64,000 nucleotides of DNA from Eledone cirrhosa (GCA_964016885.1 OZ024742.1:49972001-50036000), one strand, 5' to 3'. Shown: positions 14,185 through 27,701, numbered from the stretch's first letter. A program made the numbers and translations. The notes: generated from the letters alone by a model not told the origin.

Positions 14185-14434
14185 ATACATACCTATTGAT
14201 GATAGTCTAATTAGGCCTGACAGCATATTCAATGTGTATCAAATTCGCATACTTAGCATGTTTTCATCTCTCGATACTACATATCTGCACATTTACGCAG
14301 ATTTCGGTTACTTCTATTCTGTATATATGCACATAACCTCATCCTATATTTCGGTTGCTTTATTAGTCACACATTTATAAACATATATAACATATGTATA
14401 TACATATGCACACACACATTTATATAAATAGACG

Positions 14435-14549
<115 letters not shown>

Positions 14550-14600
14550 ATGTGTGTGTGTGTGTATGTGTGTGTGTGTGTATATCTATATATATATATA

Positions 14601-14960
14601 ACCCAGAATAATCCGTCGTCAGTGGTCTACTAGCCATCATAGGCATTTCTCGGTACGAAATCCTTTCCTCGCTCACATTCGCATGGCCAAGATGTGTCTT
14701 TCGTCTTCTCGTCAATATTCGCACGTTCTTATGTTCAAAATGAATTATTGACTTGATTTTCTCAATTTACCCTCTCTTTACGTTGCCTCACCATTCGTGT
14801 TTGTTTACCTGTCTCTCTTTCTCCACCCAACTCTTTTTATCCCAATAACTTATTTTAGTTATTGCATCGCCCTAGCTTGAGGTATATTGTCTGTAATGCG
14901 AAGAAATACCTATGATGGCTAGTAGACCACTGATGACGGATAGTCCTGGCTTCTATTTAT
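14601..14960. mobile_element. Short fold-back relic with hammerhead 5' core
   Basis: 14603-14650 is the reverse complement of 14902-14949; both read GACCA-CTGAYGA-CGGAT outward; no GAAA half seen. Confidence 0.5.
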
Positions 14961-15116
14961 AATTCTTCATATATATATATATATATATGAAGAATTAGAA
15001 ATAGACTTACTTTCTCATATATTGCTCTGATTGTTGATTATTTGATTAATTAATTCGTCATTGAGCCACACCGTGTATGGATGCCAAAAATACATATATA
15101 TATATATATATATATA

Positions 15117-15483
15117 TCTATATAAATACTAGGTAAATCTTATGTGGGTGTTGATCGCGGATAAAATAGCTATCGTTTATTTATCTATTGTTTCTTCATA
15201 GGTACATTTGAAACTTATTGCCACGTTTAATTGATTTTTTTGTGTGGTTAATTATGGTGATTGGGAGGGGAAATACTGTATATTTTTTATCAAATGATTC
15301 TATGGACTTACTTTCTTATATATATATATATCCTGAAGTAAAAGTTAGGTTCAAATATCCAAGAGTAAAAACACTCAGTCCATAGAACGAGTTTAGTATA
15401 AATAATTACAACAGTGACATACATATGAACTCAAGTTTCGTTGGGTTCTGGGCCCCAATTCATTCAGCCTGTGATGACATGTA

Positions 15484-15518
<35 letters not shown>

Positions 15519-16081
15519 TATATATATGTATGAAACTAACAAAGTCAACCTGTGAACGCATTTTGGTTGCGTTAGAGCCTGTAACTCGAGAAGTATCAAC
15601 CGATTTTTTTTTTTATTTTGCATATGCATTACTTATGTTCCACAAATGTTCTTGACTGAAAAAGATTTCGAATTTTAGCCCGGGTACCATGTTTGTTTAG
15701 CATTTGGGTTGCGTTAAGGCCTGTAACCTTAACAGTATCCAACTAAATTATTTCATGCTCTCCACCACTGCAGTCCCACATGCTTACTGCTCTGTAACTA
15801 TTGCTTTCATTGTACCATAGCACAACAAATGCATGTTCGGTTTGTCGAATGCCTTTTTACTTAACCCTATAGTCTTGGCTTTCGTGGGTTGAACATTTTA
15901 TACTCAGGCACCCAATTAAGTTAAACCCCTGGTAATTTACTACGAATTTATTTTAAAAGCACAAAATGTAGACATCATCCTCAGGTCGGGGTAGTCCGTA
16001 CTGCTCTGTACTGTTTCAGAAACGAGGGATAAACATGCCAATCCATATTTAGAATCCCGAGCAACGCCGGGCATTCTGCTA

Positions 16082-16082
<1 letters not shown>
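15117..16082 (+). mobile_element. Non-autonomous Helitron-like element
   Basis: 3' end AGAATCCCGAGCAACGCCGGGCATTCT-G-CTAG|T (subterminal hairpin + CTAG); candidate 5' end A|TCTATATAAAT at 15117 is less certain. Confidence 0.55.
15331..15484 (-). mobile_element. PLE terminal-repeat relic (HHR + tail) between (TA)n runs
   Basis: Minus strand: CTGAATGA-ATTGGG..CCCAAC-GAAAC-TTGA-GTT (15422-15473), then ACTC-GTTC-TAT-GGAC-T-GAGT (15373-15392), similar to the tail at 30178-30240. Confidence 0.65.
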
Positions 16083-16121
<39 letters not shown>

Positions 16122-16529
16122 ATAGTAAAAAGGAAAAAAAAACACAGTAGAAAAAGAAAATGCGGGAGGGAATTTTTTCAGTATAATAAAACATATATTT
16201 ATCGTGTACCAGTTTCAGCATTATACGCTTTTTCAACGACGGAAGTGTACAGTGCAGTTAAATTGCATATTTATACGAATGATAAGAAAACGGAGAAAAA
16301 CATATTAGTCTTTACTTACATATTTAGAGAGGGAAGTTTATATTTCTGTCCGAAGCTCTCTTTCGCTCTCTGCTTGTTTCAGTGTTTTATATATATAGAG
16401 AGTGAGAGACGAGATAACTATATGTTCTCGACTGTTCTCAAGTCAAGCAGTTGCGAGCGGTGGGAGGGACCGTTCTGAAGAATTGTATACAGCTATGCCG
16501 GAAGCTAAATCCTATTTCTATTATATATC

Positions 16530-16596
<67 letters not shown>

Positions 16597-18000
16597 ATAA
16601 AATATCGTTGCCTAAGTCAGAAAGTCATCAGTTTGTTCAATCTGAAGTTATCTAGGTCGAAACAACAATAACAATAACAGCACATTATCGAGTTCTGAAT
16701 ATCTAAATTGATAGACTATAACTTAAAGTACATCTAGTAGTCATTTGTATCATTATAGTTGCATTACAATTTGCACTAAAAGTATGTTGGTTCAGTTAAT
16801 TCCACGCAGAGACTAACTAATTTTAGACATACATTTGTCGTGAGATATTATTTAGTTTGCAATTCCTACCCAATATCTTGTAGATAAATATGGAAAAGAA
16901 AGTTTTGAAAATGTTTATAAGTTATTCATCAAATTTGTGCACTCATAGATTCTGTTGACATGTTTATCATTTTAGAAATAATTTATGACTAAAATACTAT
17001 TAATATAGACTTGTGTGATATGTTAACGGTGCTACGTTCAAATCCTCCATTGAAACCTGAGGAGAGAAAATGAGATCCACTGAGCGTGACTCTTTACAAC
17101 AAATTTCCTATTTAAGTAAGTATAAATATATATGTGTCAAGGTGCATTAAGAACCAGAGGAAACATCTGTGAAACTATGCCGAATATTTAATCGAAAGTT
17201 ACCTGTAATTTTTCTAAGCCAAAAGCCCACAAAACAGAAGTAAAATCAATAAAAGATCATCTAATTGATTGGTACAACGTTGTTCACCAATATGTTAGAA
17301 ATACTAGCACACATGTTCAAAGTGTCTGATTTCTATGTAATATAGTGAGCAGCGAATTTTCTCAGTCATTAGAACGTCAGATAGAATAATTTGGTGTATT
17401 TGCGGTATTTGTTCTGGCTCTCTGACCCCAATGAGTTCAAATCGTGTAAAGTTGAACTTTGGTATTCGATCTTTCGAGGTTTCTAATTGGACCAGAATAC
17501 TACTGCGGCTGATTTTATTTCTTTATTTCTGTTTCTCAATTCCTGTCTCTCCTTTTCTAAAAATAGTCGGCTGTGTTCAAACCCGGAGAAATAATGCGCT
17601 ACGACTAGTTTAAAGTGAGTGTGACAAGCCATATGTCATGACAGCTCCATACCACTCCGACAGAGGTACGGGTCCATATATACATACATACAGCAAACAC
17701 ACTGTGGCTATTTGTGGACACTGATCTGCTGAACTAGTAAGCTGATTACAGCAACAGTTCAAATCTGTCTGAAGACATTACTCAATTTCCCTTGTCATCA
17801 CTTCTGCCTTTCCTTGAAATGTGCCCTACATGACTTCAAGGGATTCCTGACTAGAATCCTACACATTATAGATTTCCTTCATGTCAATGTTTTTTCTCCA
17901 TTCAGCAACATGCACAAATTTAATCTGAGCATCTATTCATTGATTGTAGCAATATAGATTATCGGAGCTACTTCCCTTCAAAATAAACAATTGTTTCTAC

Positions 18001-18172
18001 TTTTGCGCACAAGGCCAGCAATTATCCCAGTGCATTACTGGTGCTTTAATTTATCGACCCAGTAAGGATGAAAGGCAAATTTAACCTCAGTGGGATTTGA
18101 ACTCAGACCGCAAATGGACGTATCTGTATTCTGCAAAGAATGGCGTCCGACCCTCTACCGATTCTGCCAGTC
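18001..18172 (-). mobile_element. Nin-like SINE copy
   Basis: Reverse complement of the head, B-box (GGGATTTGAACTCAG), TTTATCGACCC..GGATGAAAGGCAAA and tail GCACAAGGCCAGCAA. Confidence 0.8.
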
Positions 18173-18949
18173 CACCGTTCCAAATATAAATACAACCCAA
18201 ACATGTATTCACACACCCATACGTTTTTCTCCATCTCACTATCTTTCTTTTCCCCCACCTTGTATATATACACACACACACACACACACACATATAAACA
18301 TACACACATACACACACCCCCACACATATATATATGTATATATATATCGATATGCAAATTAGGCTGCTCATCCGTTAATATGCATAAGGAAAGTATATAC
18401 TTTCAAACGTTCAATCGACTGACAGGAAGGTATATGGTGCTGATGACAGCTAATAAGCTAGAAACTAGTTCAGCGTTCCTTTGTCAGTGTTGAACAAAAT
18501 GGCAACGATGCTTGCCGAACACTGTACGGCTAATAATTCGGGCTGTTTGTTTACAAACACACCGAGCATTATATTAAATGTTCGGTAAACTCATACGTAC
18601 ACACATATATATATATATATATATATATGTGTGCATGCATGTATGTATATACATACTACTGTACGTCTGTATACATATATGTATGTACGTATACATACTG
18701 ATATTTAAATATCAGCCGTACCAAGAGTGAGAAATGAAATTTCATTTTTTCCATTTATATATATAAAATATACATAGTCTCTAACACACAAATATATTAA
18801 ACGCTATAACAAAAACACACTCAATCTTTCTAAGACATAAACATGCATTCGTTTATCACCACATAGTGTTCATCACTGCTTGCGATTATTCAAGCTAACG
18901 GATTGCAGTTAGCTGAAATTTGCAGTGCATATCATGAAATTCAAATTAA

Positions 18950-19580
18950 GATCTCATGGCTTGCTTTCGCGAACGAAGTTTAAGAAGGATGTGGTACACG
19001 TTGACTGCAGGAACGCTCGTGGATGTTCAGGCCAATGCGGAAGAGGCAGGCACAACCACAGCAGCTGCTGCTAAATGTCTCGTCCAAGTTGATGACTTTG
19101 TGATTTGGGTCATCCTCCTGCAGCCTTTTCCCTCGAGGGTGGCCCTGCGGGTGTTTTCGTGGGTGATATCTGACGCGATGATGCACGCCAGGTAGGTGAA
19201 CCGATGGCTAACTTCCAGCTCAAAGAGTTGGAAAACCTCTGAGAGGCAGGAATTGATGCGCTGCACGGCTCTTTCTGTGTGGGTAACAAGAGCAGCATCG
19301 TCAGTAAAGCGGAGGTCTCGCATCAGTTGCTCCAGGGTCTTCCTGTGGGCTTGTGGTCGAAGAAGTTTAAACAGGCTGCCAACAAGATGTTATCTGACGT
19401 AGATTCTGTCAGTCATCATCAATATCCTCTGTGGCCTGCTTGAGCATCATGCTGAACAAGACGGTAAAGAGAGTCGGTGCCTGGACGCAAAGTTGCCTCA
19501 TTACGTTGAAGATCGTTGAAGTGTCTGGAAGCTCACTACTGAGTGTGACTTAGCCACGCTGGATGACCATGTTCAGGAAC
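18950..19580 (-). mobile_element. RTE-type LINE reverse transcriptase fragment
   Basis: Minus-strand LFNLLRPQAHRKTLEQLMRDLRFTDDAALVTHTE (degenerate FADD) and FTYLACII. Confidence 0.8.
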
Positions 19581-20054
19581 TCTGAAGAAACGACAGACTC
19601 GTCCCATGATCTGCCACATTCTTTTTCTGTTCACTGTATTAGTGAAATCAATGAACGATCAACTGCTTTAGGCAAATCAACGAACGCCTTTTACTGTACA
19701 ATCTTTTATTTCCCCCCGGCACTTCTCGTGGAGCTGCCTGGTAACAAATGCCATATCTATGGTGCTCCTGTTGGATTTGAAGCCACACTGACACTGGAAG
19801 GTATCCATCAATGTTGGTGGGTACCAGCCAGTTCAGCAGATTCCTTGCAAAGTTCGTTTCCAGCGACAGAAATCGAAGTAATTCCCTTGCAATCTAAGTA
19901 AAGAAGAAATCTATGATGTTTAAACATTAGCAAAGAAAACGCTAAAACACTTACATTTCAAACGCTCTGACCGTACGGTGTCAAAGATTGATAACTACCT
20001 GTTTTAAAAATTGTTAATCAGCAATTAATACATTTACATAAATATATAAATATA

Positions 20055-20490
20055 AAACTTTGCACTAAGCAGCCAAAATATATCAAAGTATATGATAAAA
20101 GCATAAATAGATGTAAACGAGCCTGCATAAATGTGTAAATGTGTAAATGTATTGAGATATATTTCATATCGTTATGGAAATATTTTAATTTACGTATTCC
20201 CTAGCAAATTGAAAAAGTAAAGATAAACACCTTTAACCAATTTTCAAGCCTAGTTGATCCCTTACCACAAGGTATAAGAATGATCGAAACAAACACAAGG
20301 ATATAAGTAATCGAGAGGGTTACATACCCTATTTCTTATAGTAATGTACTGAAAAATATGTACTATTTTTAAAATTATTATTAGTGCTGATACTGATATG
20401 CATTAAGTTGTGCGCTAATCAGCAGAATTATATAATATTATTTAAGTATATATCCTGAATATAAGTGACCGAGTCTGTGTAAATGTGTAT
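20055..20490 (-). repeat. Decayed copy of ~345-bp hammerhead tandem family
   Basis: TGCrCTAAkCAGC recurs 350 bp apart (20061, 20411); HHR remnant TACCTT..GAAA..TTA-AAGGTG on the minus strand at 20228-20274. Confidence 0.55.
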
Positions 20491-20746
20491 CTTTCAATTT
20501 ACTAGCATATATGTGAATATTCTTGTATGTTGGTATCTATATGTGCCCCAGTGCATATGCCAGTTATGTTCATTTGAATTGAAGTGTGTTAGTTCTGTTC
20601 ATGCTGCAGTATCACCAAAAACATATGGCTCTATGCTCATAAAAACGTGCATTCAATCATATTGCATGGATGAAGATGCGCACGGAGTAATACATACACG
20701 GATACATACATTCACACACAGACACACATATGTTCATATCCGTTTG

Positions 20747-20818
<72 letters not shown>

Positions 20819-21711
20819 AAGATACATATATATATAACATAATCACATGACAGTAATTTACATAGAATGAAGATAAAATGCCAAAGTTGATTAATAAACA
20901 ACAACCACTGCCACACTCATAACAATAACAGGAATGCTAAATCAGTTTCAATTCCAATGTATGAGCAATAACAATGACGAAGAGAAAGAAGGAAGAGATG
21001 TGGGAATATCTACTAGAATAGCATTACATTAAGAATGTTAGGTTGAACGGCACCAGAGAAGTAGTAACGCAAGAGGGAATCAATATGGGAACCATGCAAA
21101 CATGCAGATTGGAGAAAGAAGAGAATGGATAGAAAGTGTAGAAGAAGCAAACATTTAATTTTATTGCACCACACCAAAGAAGACAAAATAACAGTATGCA
21201 GCATGTATATAATTCTCTCTCTTTCTTTCACACACTATATATATATAAAGCATAGTTTATCTAAAGCGAAAACATACATTGAGAGGACTACAAGCATGCA
21301 AACTAATATTAGAATGTTTCAGGAATTACGAAACACTGTTAATTATCCCAATAGATTAACACAACCAATACTGGAATAAATCCTATAATTTGAGGAACAA
21401 TTTGGATATACAAAATATATACAATAGATAGTAAAAAGACCTTGTCTTTATCAAACAGCATGGTGCGTTGAATACCACGTGCGTCATTCGACAATCAAAT
21501 TAATGTGTGAATATAAGGGCAATAGGAAATGATCGTAGTGGCGCTAGAAATGACACACATGATACTCGTCGTTCAACTCAACAATCAAGGTTGCTTGACA
21601 TTAGATAAACTATGTTTTAAATGCCTCTTAGATTCTTTTGAAAGAGATTTTGAAGTATATTATTGATAAACACCTTCCTGTCTGATATATATATATATAT
21701 ATATATATTAG

Positions 21712-21908
<197 letters not shown>

Positions 21909-21944
21909 TGTGTGTGTGTGTTTATGTATATACCTATTTATATA

Positions 21945-22355
21945 TTTTAAAAAGTGTGCTAAGCAGCCGAACAGTACGATAAAGTTATATCTGTATATAT
22001 ACAGAATGGTTTACTGAGACTGCGAAAATATGTATATAAAATACACACATTTTCAATATGTCGACATGTTAACGTTCCAGAAAATACGAATTTCTCTGTG
22101 AATTGAAAAATTGATAAACACCTTTAATCGAATAATGAATCTAGTTGTGTCCTTATTTTCTGACATATTTACTTATCTACATAATAAAAAGTGTACATTT
22201 ACTTAAATATTGTTGCATTCTCGATTATCAATTCTGTAGACTTCGCTGGCTTAACGAACTTCTTAATATATATATTAATTAACTACCAACACCAGCGCTA
22301 ATTATATGCAAATTAATACGTCTATTTCAGAAGTATTAAGAGCGCATGGGTACAT
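21945..22355. repeat. Two opposed fragments of the ~345-bp hammerhead family
   Basis: 21945-22170 aligns directly with 39505-39720; ~22240-22355 is the reverse complement of 39410-39520. Confidence 0.6.
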
Positions 22356-23446
22356 AATCCCATCAAAGACGTATTTTATTGTAGTTGATATACGTCAATC
22401 TCTTCTATTTTCAGGGAAATTCAAATTTTCTGGCATGTTTACATGTCTGTTCAATTTGGATTGCCTCGGAAACATAACCTTATTATGTAACAAGCTGTCT
22501 GACGAAGTCGCGACACTGGCACAGAGAACAAAGTGGCCACTGTCGCCATTGAAATATATATTCCAGCATTATTATTAAAAGACTTGAACATCTTAAACTA
22601 CTTCGCTTTTCCTTATTCTATACATATATATATATATATATATATAGAATGTAGGAGGTGAGTTTTATTGTAGCACAATAAAGCAATGCAAATATCGGAT
22701 AAGTAGCACTCTACAGTTTGTAGGACTGGCGAAAAACAAACTTAAACCCTAACTAATTTCTTTTAATATATTATATTATTACCATTAGAAAATATTTCGT
22801 AAACATATATACTTTTTGATGTTAGATATTTCCTTCCTTAAACATTCTTTTCTTCTTTCCTTCCGCGCTCATTTTAAACAAACTATTTACGTACACATAT
22901 TACATTACATAAAAACAAACTTAAACTCTAACTAATTTCTCTAAATTCATAACTCATTCATTCTTCTCCTTCTTTTCACATTATATCCTTAATATCATTA
23001 ATATTTTTATTTTAATAATATATATTAATAAATTATTTTCCTCGCACATATTATTAAACCCTTCAATATACAAACCTTAATTTAATACTATTCTTAATTC
23101 CTTTTCTTCATGCATAAACCTCATTAACTTTTAATTTCAAAATCTTTTAAATTATCTATTATCTTCCAACGGCTTTTTAATTTCTCTCTGTGAGGCAATA
23201 TATATTTTTTTCTCAGTTGCAAAGGCTATCTCTCTCTCTCTATCACCCATCTCTCCTCCTCTCTCATCCTTCCTTCTTATACTCCTGCCCCACCATCCTT
23301 TACTCTCATTTCTTCCTTTTCTTTACCTTTTCCAACCCCCCTTCACTTTTTCCCAATCTCATACATCAATCTTAATTTATTTTTCGTATGTTAATTTAAA
23401 ACTTCACTATTCACAAGTGTTCTTTAAACTTCATATCATGTCTCCC

Positions 23447-23503
23447 TATTTTATCTGATGAGAACGCATGATGATATTTGTTTTTGAAATGCGCATAATA
23501 TAA
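23447..23503 (+). ncRNA. Type I hammerhead ribozyme in 5' pseudo-LTR
   Basis: TATTTTAT-CTGATGA-GAAC..GTTTTT-GAAA-TGCGCA-TA^ATA; palindromic stem III; stem II shortened relative to the 3' copy. Confidence 0.8.
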
Positions 23504-23709
23504 CACTTGGAACTATTGTAACCATATTTTGATCTTATATTATTTATACTCCAGTCCTACAAACTGTAGAGTGCTACTTATCCGATATTTGCATTGCTTT
23601 ATGTGATACAATAAAACTCACCTCCTACATTAACTAGCTCCTTAACTGTTTGAGCGCTAACCCTCATAATCGGATACCTTTTGATGGTCTTTAATTCTTC
23701 TTCTACAAC

Positions 23710-26123
23710 ATGGATTATTACAACATAACAACTTCAACTAAAGACATTCCTATACCTGGTAAATCTGAATTCCCTAAACTTCTGATTGAAAAAACTGACT
23801 CCTTTGTGAGAAGGCTTAGATGGATAGCTTTTTTCCACGACCAGCCCCCAAAAGGAAATTTCTATACTAAGGAACATAACATTCTTGATCATTTATTTAA
23901 CTCTAGAAGTAATCCTCCTCTTCCAACAAAAACCTAGAGCAGTTCGAGGAAGAATTAACTAATATTATAAGATGTCTTAAATTCAAGAGAAACCCTTACA
24001 GAGGACAAGAGCACCTTGTAAATATCAGGAATACGATTTTAAACCTTAATTCCTCTAAAAATGTCTTAGTCCACTCCGACAAAACTAATAATTTATATGG
24101 CGTATCTAGGGATAACAATAATAACCTTATCCTTATGGAACTAAGGAAGAATTATCTTAAAATAACCATGACAATTTGGAATCTATAAACTTTGAAGCTT
24201 CTGAGATTATGTCTAAACTTAGCTTTGAAAAAAAGACCGAACCATTCCTCCCAAGAACTCCGAGGATAAATCTCAAGGATCATAAAAGTAATTTTCGAAC
24301 GGAACTGCCTGTTAGACTAATCGCCCCCTCTAAATCAGGTCTGGGGGTTGTTAGTAAAGCCATTTTGAATAGAATTATCCCAGAGGTTCGTTCTAATTGC
24401 TCTATTTCTAACTTAAATTTATGGTTTGGTACATCTGAAGTAATTGGCTGGTTCAACAACCTGAATAAGAAAAACAAACAAAAAATTATTCAATTTGATA
24501 TTGCCAGCTACTAATTCTTCTATTTCGCCTTCACTTCTCAACAACGCTCTATCTTTCGCATTTAAATATTCTGAGATCACCACAGATGAACTTTACATCA
24601 TTCTCACCGCAAGAAAAAAACTATCTTAGAATTCAACAATGAATACTGGACTAGAGCCGATACTTCCAACAACTTTGATATCACAATGAGTGCTTCTGAT
24701 TCATCGCAATTTACTGATTTGATTGGTATTTTTATTTTGAATTCTTTAAATCGGAAAATTCCTCAACTTCGCGGTGGAATTTATCGTGACGATGGACATT
24801 TTACTATCTTAAACTGCAACTTAGTTAACCTTAATATTATTAAGAACAATATACGTGATCTCTTTAAGAAACATAACCGTAAAATTGATTTTGATAACAA
24901 CGTCAAACTAGCTAACTTCTTGAATATATCCCTTAATCTTGACACTGGCCTATATTACCCTTACCATAAAAACAATGAGAATCTAAATTATGTTAATTTT
25001 GAAATCTAACCACCCCACTAACAATAAAAATGCTATAGACAGTAATATTGAAAAAAGAATCTCAAACCTATCCTCTAATAAAGATATCTTCGATGCTAAC
25101 GCCAATTGCTATAATAATGCGCTTTCTAAAAGCGGTTATCCTGATAAAATTAAATACAGTAAAGAAACCAATGCTAGAAGGTCTTACAGTAAAATAATTA
25201 ATTATGAACATTCCAATAACTTAAATAAAAGATCTAGATACAAACATATAATATGGTATAATGCTCCTTTCTCTATATCTATTAATAATAATATTCCTAA
25301 ACTATTCTTTAGGGCCTTAGATAAATGCTTCCCTCCCTCACACATCTATAGTAAAATCTTTAACAAACATACAATAACATGTTCTTATTCCACCACTTCC
25401 AGCATCTCTAACACTATCTCTAAACACAACAATAAAATATTAAATAATAAATCACATCCTTCCAACACTGAGCGTCATAATAATAGTAGTAGTACTCCCG
25501 ACGTCATTGTTAACTCTAGGCTAGATTCTGTAAACTTAAATGCGACGTCAAACGTAACTTCGTTGAATGTTCATAATACCAATCTAAATCAGGAAACTAT
25601 TATTCCTATCGCAAATAACTTCTCCGATCCAATTCCTTCTATAAATAACACTAGGTCACTTGTTAATAACTCTGTTAATTTCTCTAATCGTAATTGTAAT
25701 TGCCCTATTAAAACTAAATGTTCTCTTAATAACCATTGTCTTCATAAAAACTTAGTCTATGAATGTAAGGTTATAACTGATACCAATTCCTTTACCCATT
25801 TCGGTTCCACTTCCACTTCCTTCAAAGCTAGATTTTATAATCACAATTCGTCTTTTAAATACCAACTTAAAAGAACTAACACGGCACTCTCAGAACTCAT
25901 ATGGTCCTTGAAAAACAAAAATATTAACTATAACATCACTTGGAGGAAGCTTTGTTCTGCCTTTCCTTACCTGAATTCTTCCCTATCCAGAATATGTAAT
26001 CTCTGCCTAGCTGAGAAATTTACCATTATATCTAATTTCAATTCTATGATAAATAGACGCACGAATTTATTTTCTCTCTGCTTGCATAAATTCCACAGAA
26101 CATTCCATAAAGTATACCGCTAA
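23710..26123 (+). pseudogene. PLE RT-GIY-YIG polyprotein, frameshifted
   Basis: Joined ORFs: STKDIPIP..LIEKTDSFVRRLRW, LKDHK..PVRLIAPSKS, IQFDIASY, GIYRDDG, IIWYNAPFS, CNC..CSL..CL..LVY, FGST..FKARFYNH, CNLCLAEK, CLH. Confidence 0.92.
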
Positions 26124-27254
26124 TATACCTTACTAGTTTAAAATCCTTTTTCTCAAAGGCTTATATATGTTTTACAAATATACCCATCGTTCTACCTTAT
26201 TTCAATATTATATATTATATAATACAATTTACTCATTCTATATCATCCTCTTTATCATTTCCTTTTTTCCTTTTTTCTTTTTAATTTCTAACCTCTATTC
26301 TGTACCTTTTCTTCCCAACTACTTCTCAATTATTATTATTACTCACCACAACATTATCCATTCTTCCATCTTTCCTCATATCATTGGCCATAACAGTTAT
26401 TTTTTTAATACATTATAATATTACCATTAGAAGTCCTTCGTAAACATATACATTTTTTGACGTTAGATTTTTTTCTTCCTTAAATGTTTCATATCTCTTC
26501 TATCCTTTCATGCTCGTTTTAAACTACTACTTAATTTGACTTTTACGTATTACAATACATAAAAACAAACTTAAACCCTAACTAATTTCTTTTAATATAT
26601 TATATTATTACCATTAGAAAATATTTTGTAAACATATATACTTTTTGATGTTCGATATTTTCTTCCTTAAAAATTCTTATCTTCTTTCTTTCCGTGCTCA
26701 TTTTAAACAAACTATTTACGTACACATATTACATTACATAAAAACAAACTTAAACTCTAACTAATTCCTCTAAATTCATAACTCATTCATTCTCCTCCTT
26801 TTCACATTATATCCTTAATATCATTAATATTTTTATTTTAATAATACATATTAATAAATTATTTTCCTCGCACATATTATTATACGAACCTTAATTTAAT
26901 ACTATTCTTAATTCCTTTTTCTTCATGCATTAACCTCATTAACTTTTAATTTCAAAATCTTTTAAATTATCTATTATCTTCCAACGGCTTTTTAATTTCT
27001 CTCTGTGAGGCAATATATATATTTTTCTCAGTTGTAAAGGCTATCTTTCTCTATCACCCATCTCTCCTCCTCTCTCATCCTTCCTTCTTATACTCCTCCC
27101 CCAACATCCTTTACTCTCATTTCTTCCTCTTCCTTACCTTTTCCACCCCCTCCCTTTTTCCCAATCTCATACATCAATCTTAATTTATTTTTCATATGTT
27201 GATTTAAAACTTCACTATTCACAAGTGTTTTTTAAGCTTCACATCATGTCTCCC

Positions 27255-27325
27255 TATTTCATCTGATGAGAACGCAAATATCATCCCATGATTATATCTG
27301 GTTTTGAAATGCGCATAATAAAATA
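27255..27325 (+). ncRNA. Type I hammerhead ribozyme in 3' pseudo-LTR
   Basis: TATTTCAT-CTGATGA-GAAC-(long stem II)-GTTTT-GAAA-TGCGCA-TA^ATAAAATA; intact core, 7 of 8 stem I pairs. Confidence 0.88.
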
Positions 27326-27410
27326 CTCGGAACTCTTTTACCCATCTTTTACCCATCTTTTAGCCATGTAAATTATTTTTCTTTATAATATATGTATATA
27401 TATATATATC

Positions 27411-27621
27411 CAGGGAGTGTAACGCCGAGTTACTCTAGGTTCATACAGTTGAGCACTCGATGTTTAGGTTAATTCTGTCATTACTACCCCTGAGGTCCGC
27501 TGAGCCATTGATTACAGAGTTGGGCAAGATCGATACAGATCGAACCTTGAGCTGATCAATAGCGAAACGAGCGTCACCAACCAATAAATCTTAATGACTG
27601 AGTAACCATTTATCCTTGTTT

Positions 27622-27626
<5 letters not shown>
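27411..27626 (+). mobile_element. Short PLE terminal relic (inverted tail + decayed HHR)
   Basis: AGCACTCGA (27452-27460, inverted TCGAGTGCT tail motif); CGAAAC-GAGC-GTC-ACCAACC with upstream GTTGG; TA runs on both sides; catalytic core degenerate. Confidence 0.45.

Positions 27627-27701
<75 letters not shown>

Larger units (their letters stand above)
22646..27390 (+). mobile_element. Full-length Penelope-like element (C-terminal GIY-YIG, Nematis-like), decayed
   Basis: (TA)n, 81-bp inverted tail (22649-22729 = revcomp of 23551-23631), 5' pseudo-LTR 22732-~23545, ORF, 3' pseudo-LTR 26561-~27390, (TA)n. HHR in each pseudo-LTR. Confidence 0.92.
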
